A stretch of DNA of 64,000 nucleotides, from assembly GCA_963810935.1 (NCBI GenBank), contig CAWEPK010000016.1:64001-128000 (forward strand), in the 5' to 3' direction. Source of the stretch: an uncultured delta proteobacterium (lineage in GTDB: Bacteria > Desulfobacterota > Syntrophorhabdia > Syntrophorhabdales > WCHB1-27). This document shows positions 58,746 through 64,000 of the stretch, piece by piece. Below the pieces are notes generated by a model. The model was given only the letters and a program-made list of their open reading frames with translations, made no database searches and had not been told where the DNA came from. Position numbers and translations under genes: made by a program. Each line of letters begins with the position of its first letter. Position 1 is the first letter of the stretch.

Positions 58746-60692
58746 ATGTCGGAAGAAAAGATACGGAGTATAGATAAAGCGACAATCGAGCTTCTGGACA
58801 AGGCGGAAAGAGAGAAGATCTCAACCGCCTTCTTCCGGGCTGAAGATTTGAAGCCCTGTCCCATAGGCGTGGAAGAGAGCTGCTGCAAGATATGCGCGAT
58901 GGGACCGTGCAGGATGCCCAAGCCGAAGAAAGACGACGGAAAGAAGAGAATGGGCGTCTGCGGCGCCACCATCGAGACCGTAGTCGCCAGAAACTTCGCG
59001 CGTAAAGTGGCCGGCGGCTGTGCAGCCCACTCCGACCACGCCCGCGAGGTCGTAGAGACCTTCATCAAGGCGGCCAAGGGCGAGGCCCAGGGCTTCCAGA
59101 TCAAGGATGAAATGAAGCTCCAGGAAGTCGCCCTCGATTTCGGCGTGCCGACCGAGGGTAGGGAGCCGAACGATATCGCCCTGGAAATAGGCGAGAAGGC
59201 CCTTTCGGAGTTCGGCAGGCAGCACGGTGAGGCCGTATACGTCAAGAAGGCCCCCCTCAAGAGACAGGATATCTGGCGGAAGCAAGGCGTAGTCCCCAGG
59301 GGCATCGACCGGGAAGTGGTCGAAGTGATGCACAGGACGCATATGGGCGTGGACCAGGACTACAGGCACATTATGCAGCAGGCCACGCGCTGCGCGCTGG
59401 CGGACGGCTGGTCGGGCTCCATGATCTCGACTGACCTCCAGGACATCATGTTCGGCACGCCTGTGCCGGTAGTGGGCACCTTCAACCTGGGTGTCCTGAA
59501 GGAAGACCAGGTCAACGTCATCATCCACGGACATGAGCCGCTCCTTCCGGAGCTTATGGTTGTCGCGTCCCGCGACCCGGAGATCAAGAAAGAAGTGGAA
59601 AAGGTCGGCGCGAAGGGCATCAACCTTGCCGGCATGTGCTGCTCGGCCAACGAGGTGCTGATGCGTCACGGCGTGCCTGTCGCAGGCAACTTCCTTCAGC
59701 AGGAGCTGGCGCTCGTAACGGGCGCAGTCGAGCTGATGTCGGTCGATGTCCAGTGCGAGATGCAGGGTCTGGCCGACGTCGCCCAGTGCTTCCACACAAA
59801 GCTGATTACGACGTCCGACAGGGCGAAGATGGAAGGCGCCGAGCACTATGAGTTCACCCCGGAGACGGGTCTCGACACTGCAAAGAAGCTGCTGAAGCTC
59901 GCCATAGCCAATTACCCGAACCGGCGTCACAACGTTACGATACCGCAGTATTCGGCGGACGGTGTCGTCGGCTTCTCCCACGAGACGATCAACTACCTGC
60001 TGGGCGGCCTCTTCCGCGCGAGCTACAAGCCGCTCAACGACAACATAATCAACGGCCGCATCAGGGGAGTGGCGGGCGTCGTCGGGTGCAACAACCCGAG
60101 GACCCCTCACGACCAGGGCCATATAGAGATGGTTAAGGAGCTCCTGAAGAACGACGTTGTCGTCCTCACGACGGGCTGCTCCGCAATGGCCTGCGGAAAG
60201 GCCGGCCTGCTCACGCACGAAGCCTCAAAGAAATACTGCGGTCCGGGTCTGGCTGAAGTCTGCGAGACGGTAGGCATACCGCCGGTCCTCCATATGGGCT
60301 CTTGCGTAGACAACTCACGCATCCTGATCGCCGCTACGGCGCTTGTCAAGGAAGGGGGCCTCGGCGATGACATTTCCGACCTGCCTGCGGCGGGCGCGGC
60401 GCCAGAGTGGATGAGCGAGAAGGCCATATCGATCGGCCAGTACTTCGTCGCCTCCGGCGTCTACACGGTCTTTGGCGCCACTTTCCCCAGCTTCGGCAGC
60501 GAGATATTCACGAAGCACCTCTTCGAGGAGCACGAGGACCTGTATAAAGGCATGTGGGCCTTCGAGGTGGACCCGGTAAAGGCCGCCCGTATGATGATCG
60601 CCCATATCGATAAGAAGAGGAAGGCGCTCGGCCTCGACAAGGGCAAAGAGAGGGTGCTGTTCGATATGGCCATGCGCAGGGCCATCGAGTAA
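58746..60692 (+). CDS. cooS: Anaerobic Ni-CO dehydrogenase catalytic subunit (AcsA/CooS)
   Basis: CPIG....CCKICAMGPC, AAHSDH, HGHEP, GMCCSANE, DVQC, GCNNP, TGC, GSCVDNSR, EWMSEKA. Confidence 0.96.
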   Translation: MSEEKIRSIDKATIELLDKAEREKISTAFFRAEDLKPCPIGVEESCCKICAMGPCRMPKPKKDDGKKRMGVCGATIETVVARNFARKVAGGCAAHSDHAREVVETFIKAAKGEAQGFQIKDEMKLQEVALDFGVPTEGREPNDIALEIGEKALSEFGRQHGEAVYVKKAPLKRQDIWRKQGVVPRGIDREVVEVMHRTHMGVDQDYRHIMQQATRCALADGWSGSMISTDLQDIMFGTPVPVVGTFNLGVLKEDQVNVIIHGHEPLLPELMVVASRDPEIKKEVEKVGAKGINLAGMCCSANEVLMRHGVPVAGNFLQQELALVTGAVELMSVDVQCEMQGLADVAQCFHTKLITTSDRAKMEGAEHYEFTPETGLDTAKKLLKLAIANYPNRRHNVTIPQYSADGVVGFSHETINYLLGGLFRASYKPLNDNIINGRIRGVAGVVGCNNPRTPHDQGHIEMVKELLKNDVVVLTTGCSAMACGKAGLLTHEASKKYCGPGLAEVCETVGIPPVLHMGSCVDNSRILIAATALVKEGGLGDDISDLPAAGAAPEWMSEKAISIGQYFVASGVYTVFGATFPSFGSEIFTKHLFEEHEDLYKGMWAFEVDPVKAARMMIAHIDKKRKALGLDKGKERVLFDMAMRRAIE

Positions 60693-60739
60693 AGGGAATC
60701 GGGTAGTGAGACGGGTAATAGCATAAAGGAGGCAACCAA

Positions 60740-62944
60740 ATGTCAAAGATCATTTGTTCTGCGGCCATAAGAGGGGCGCAGAAGATATTCGATAGGGGCG
60801 AGGCCACGTACAAGGCCACCCTCGCAAAATACGGGCCGGACCAGGAAATAGGCTTTCCCAACACCGCCTACTATCTCCCCATCATTTACTCCATGACCGG
60901 GATGCCGGTAGCCAAGCTGGGCGACATGAAGAAGGTCTTCGATCTCTGCAGGAAGCTCATCCCGGCGCCTGTCAGGGAAACGAACCCTCTGCCTTACCTC
61001 GCCCCCACCCTCGACGCGGGCATGGCAACGTTCTTCGTCGAAGAGATGGTTGAGGCGATCAAGTATCTGGAGACCCCGAACCTTTACGTCAACGGGGAGG
61101 ACCCGATTGATGGGAACATCTGGCTGGGAGCGGCCTCGGACCTCATCTTCAGGAAGAGGGGCGTCGAGTTCGTGGACGGCACCGCGCCTGGCTTCGCAGC
61201 CATCGTGGGCGCTGCGCCCGATTCCCAGACAGCCGCGAAGATCGCGCTGGAGCTCCAGGAGAAGAACCTCTATGTCTTCATGGCGGCGGAAAACAACGGC
61301 AAGAGGTTCGCGGAGCAGCTCGTAGAGGCGGGCGTGCAGATCGGCTGGCCGACGCGGCTGGTCTCCTTCGGCCCGGACATCCACCAGGCCGTATTCGCAA
61401 TCGGCTTCGCGTGCCGCGTTGCAATGGCCTTCGGCGGCATCAAGCCGGGAGACTTCAGAAAGGTCCTCATATACAATAAGGACAGGACATACGCCTTCGT
61501 CATGGCCCTTGGGGACGTGACTGACGAATGGTACGCCAATGCGGCCGGCTGCCTTAACTGGGGCTTTCCGACCATCGCGGACACGCCGATCCCCGAGGCG
61601 CTGCCGACGGGCATCTGCACGTACGAGCACGTCGTCTCGAATATCCCGCATGCGAACATCGTGGAAAAGGCGGTCGAGGTCAGGGGCCTTAAGGTGCAGG
61701 TCACGAAGGTCCCTATCTCCGTCTCCTACGGCCCCGCCTTCGAGGGCGAGCGCGTGCGCGGCGAGGACATCTATCTGGAAGTTGGCGGCGGCAAGACGGT
61801 CGCCGTCGAGTGGACCACTTCAGCCAACATGGAGGACGTTGAAGACGGCCGCGTACAGGTTTTCGGGCCGGAGCTTAAAGACATCACCCCCGGCACGCGC
61901 CTCCACTTCGCCATGGTCGCGGAGGTGGCGGGCAGGAACTTCCAGGAGGATTTCGAGCCGATCCTGGAGAGGCAGAACCACCACCTCATCAATCAGGCCC
62001 AGGGCATCATGCACATAGGTCAGCGCGATATCGCCTGGATCCGCATATCCAAGCAGGCGGTCGAGAAGGGCTTTACGCTGGCCGACATCGGAAAGATCAT
62101 CCATGCCAAGTACCATCAGGACTTTGGCGCGATATTCGACAAGGTCCAGGTGAAGATCTACACGGAAGAGGCGAAGGTCCAGGAAGTGCTCGCGAAGGCG
62201 CGCGCCTCGTACAAGCACAGGGATGACCGCGTCGAGAACATGACCGACGAGACGACGGACACCTTTTACTCCTGCACGCTCTGCCAGTCCTTCGCGCCGA
62301 ACCACGTCTGCGTGGTCGCACCGGAGAGGACGGGTCTGTGCGGGGCTTACAACTGGCTCGACTGCAAAGCCTCCTACGAGATCAACCCTGAGGGGCCGAA
62401 CCAGCCTATAGCCAAGGGCGAGGTACTCGACGCCAGGTACGGCCAATTCAAGGGCGCGAACGACTTCGTCTTCAAGGCATCGAGACAGAAGGTCTCCAAC
62501 GTAAGCTTTTACAGCCTCATGGTCGATCCTATGACGACCTGCGGCTGCTGCGAGTGCATCGCAGCCGTTCTCCCCATGGCGAACGGCATTATGACGGTCG
62601 ACCGCGACTATACAGGGATGACCCCGTGCGGCATGAAGTTCACTACACTTGCCGGCTCCGCGGGCGGCGGCGCGCAGGCGCCGGGCTTCCTGGGACACAG
62701 CAAGTACAACGTCACGCAGAGGAAGTTCCTTAAAGGCGACGGCGGCCTCCTGCGGCTCGTGTGGATGCCCAAGAAGCTGAAAGAAGACCTGCGCGAGCGG
62801 CTGCAGAAGCGCGCGGAAGAGCTGGGCGTGCCCGATCTGCTCGACAGGATCGCTGACGAGACGGTAGCGACGACGGAAGAGGAAGTCATCGCATACTGCA
62901 CTGAGAAGGGGCATCCGGCGCTGACAATGGAATCGATTATGTAG
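60740..62944 (+). CDS. acsB: Acetyl-CoA synthase (CODH/ACS beta)
   Basis: FPNTAYYLP, VDGTAPG, CTLCQSFAPNHVC, PMTTCGC. Confidence 0.97.
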   Translation: MSKIICSAAIRGAQKIFDRGEATYKATLAKYGPDQEIGFPNTAYYLPIIYSMTGMPVAKLGDMKKVFDLCRKLIPAPVRETNPLPYLAPTLDAGMATFFVEEMVEAIKYLETPNLYVNGEDPIDGNIWLGAASDLIFRKRGVEFVDGTAPGFAAIVGAAPDSQTAAKIALELQEKNLYVFMAAENNGKRFAEQLVEAGVQIGWPTRLVSFGPDIHQAVFAIGFACRVAMAFGGIKPGDFRKVLIYNKDRTYAFVMALGDVTDEWYANAAGCLNWGFPTIADTPIPEALPTGICTYEHVVSNIPHANIVEKAVEVRGLKVQVTKVPISVSYGPAFEGERVRGEDIYLEVGGGKTVAVEWTTSANMEDVEDGRVQVFGPELKDITPGTRLHFAMVAEVAGRNFQEDFEPILERQNHHLINQAQGIMHIGQRDIAWIRISKQAVEKGFTLADIGKIIHAKYHQDFGAIFDKVQVKIYTEEAKVQEVLAKARASYKHRDDRVENMTDETTDTFYSCTLCQSFAPNHVCVVAPERTGLCGAYNWLDCKASYEINPEGPNQPIAKGEVLDARYGQFKGANDFVFKASRQKVSNVSFYSLMVDPMTTCGCCECIAAVLPMANGIMTVDRDYTGMTPCGMKFTTLAGSAGGGAQAPGFLGHSKYNVTQRKFLKGDGGLLRLVWMPKKLKEDLRERLQKRAEELGVPDLLDRIADETVATTEEEVIAYCTEKGHPALTMESIM

Positions 62945-62955
62945 AAAGGGCAAGG

Positions 62956-63110
62956 CTGCCAGGCAGCGCGTACGCGCTTTAATAGGGAAGATGGTGTAAT
63001 TCCATCACGGACCCGCCGCTGTAAGGGGGGACGATGGCGCAAGATCCACTGGGTAATCCCGGGAAGGTGCGCCGGAGGATGATCCCCGAGTCAGAAGACC
63101 CGCCTGGCAG
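62956..63110 (+). ncRNA. Cobalamin riboswitch
   Basis: P1 CTGCCAGGC/GCCTGGCAG; AATAGGGAA.GATGGTGTAATTCCATC, CCCGCCGCTGTAA, CCACTG...GGGAAGG, and B12 box AGTCAGAAGACC.GCC. Confidence 0.92.
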
Positions 63111-63168
63111 TTCTTACAGACACCCTCCTCGAGGCCTGGGAGAGGAAGCTTAAAAAAAGGAGACTGCT

Positions 63169-64000
63169 ATGGGACTCACAGGTATCCAGATATTCAAGCT
63201 TCTTCCCAAGACCAACTGCGGGGAATGCGGTTACCCCACCTGCCTTGCCTTTGCCATGGCGCTCGCTGCCGGCAAGGCCGAGCTGGAAAAATGCCCGACC
63301 CTCCCGGATGCGGCTAAAGAGCAGCTTGGAGAGGCGAGCGCGCCCCCCATCAGGCAACTCACGATAGGGACGGGCGAATACGCAGTGAAGGTCGGCGGAG
63401 AGACGGTCATGTTCCGCCATGAGAAGACCTTCTTTAATAAGCCCGGTCTGGCCGTCCTTATTACCGACGGGATGGACGACGCGGAAGTGGCCCGCAAACT
63501 CGGTAAAATGGCCGAGCTGCAGTACGAGCGCGTCGGCCTCAACCTGAGGCCGGAGCTGGTTGCCGTTAAAGAAGCAGGCAACAAGACCCGCTTCCTGGAA
63601 ATCGTGAAAAAAGTGGCGGCGACGCCATACAGCATTATCCTTATGTCTTTCGACCCGGCCGCCATGAAAGAGGCGCTCGATATCGCCAAGGACAAAAAGC
63701 CGCTCATTTACGCAGCCACCAAGGACAACACGGACGCGATGGGCGCCTTGGCGAAAGAGTACGCCTGCCCCCTGGCAGTCAAGGGTGAGGGCCTGGAGGC
63801 TCTGGCCGCCCTGTCCGAGAAGCTCATCGGTATGGGCGTCAAGGACCTGATTCTCGACTCCGGCACCAGGACCGTGAAGGAAGCCTTCTCCGACCAGATC
63901 ATGATGAGGAGGGCCGCGCTCCAGTCGCGCTTCAAACCCTTGGGCTTCCCGACTATCGCTCTGCCCTGCGAGATGACGGACGACGTAATGAAAGAGACGC
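63169..64000 (+). CDS. acsC: Corrinoid Fe-S protein large subunit (CODH/ACS gamma), runs off the window; absent from the ORF track
   Basis: MGLTGIQIFKLLPKTNCGECGYPTCLAFAMALAAGKAELEKCP...GGETVMFRHEKTF; RBS AGGAG. Confidence 0.95.
   Translation, partial: MGLTGIQIFKLLPKTNCGECGYPTCLAFAMALAAGKAELEKCPTLPDAAKEQLGEASAPPIRQLTIGTGEYAVKVGGETVMFRHEKTFFNKPGLAVLITDGMDDAEVARKLGKMAELQYERVGLNLRPELVAVKEAGNKTRFLEIVKKVAATPYSIILMSFDPAAMKEALDIAKDKKPLIYAATKDNTDAMGALAKEYACPLAVKGEGLEALAALSEKLIGMGVKDLILDSGTRTVKEAFSDQIMMRRAALQSRFKPLGFPTIALPCEMTDDVMKET

Overview
GC-rich window from an anaerobic bacterium, probably Desulfobacterota or another deltaproteobacterium (inferred from gene content only). The left half (1-30 kb, minus strand) holds a TolC-family gene followed by one giant surface-protein gene that starts at 28547 and is still open at position 1 (at least ~9,500 codons). 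It is broken into several ORFs by about seven single-base indels. Its order is: LEPRxLL-like motif, DUF4347-like domain, RTX/beta-roll repeats, FliD/flagellin-like and phage-tail-like inserts, a long leukotoxin-LktA-like beta-helical stalk with ~370-aa super-repeats, then further small repeated modules. The leader of this operon contains a terminator-like structured RNA. The middle (30-53 kb) has housekeeping and accessory genes: tal, folK, tatA, a hybrid kinase, ADH, MCP, an IS200-type element plus hairpin repeats, a Tat-exported hemerythrin-like protein, an orphan Na+-decarboxylase beta/gamma pair, ferredoxin-pyrRBC, TerC, secDF, an HD-STAND-HEAT protein, serS, GerMN, isochorismatase and tatD. 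The right end is a Wood-Ljungdahl cluster (fhs, cooC/acsF, folD, small ORF, acsD, cooS, acsB, acsC) with a sigma54-type promoter, an unexplained structured RNA upstream, and a cobalamin riboswitch between acsB and acsC.
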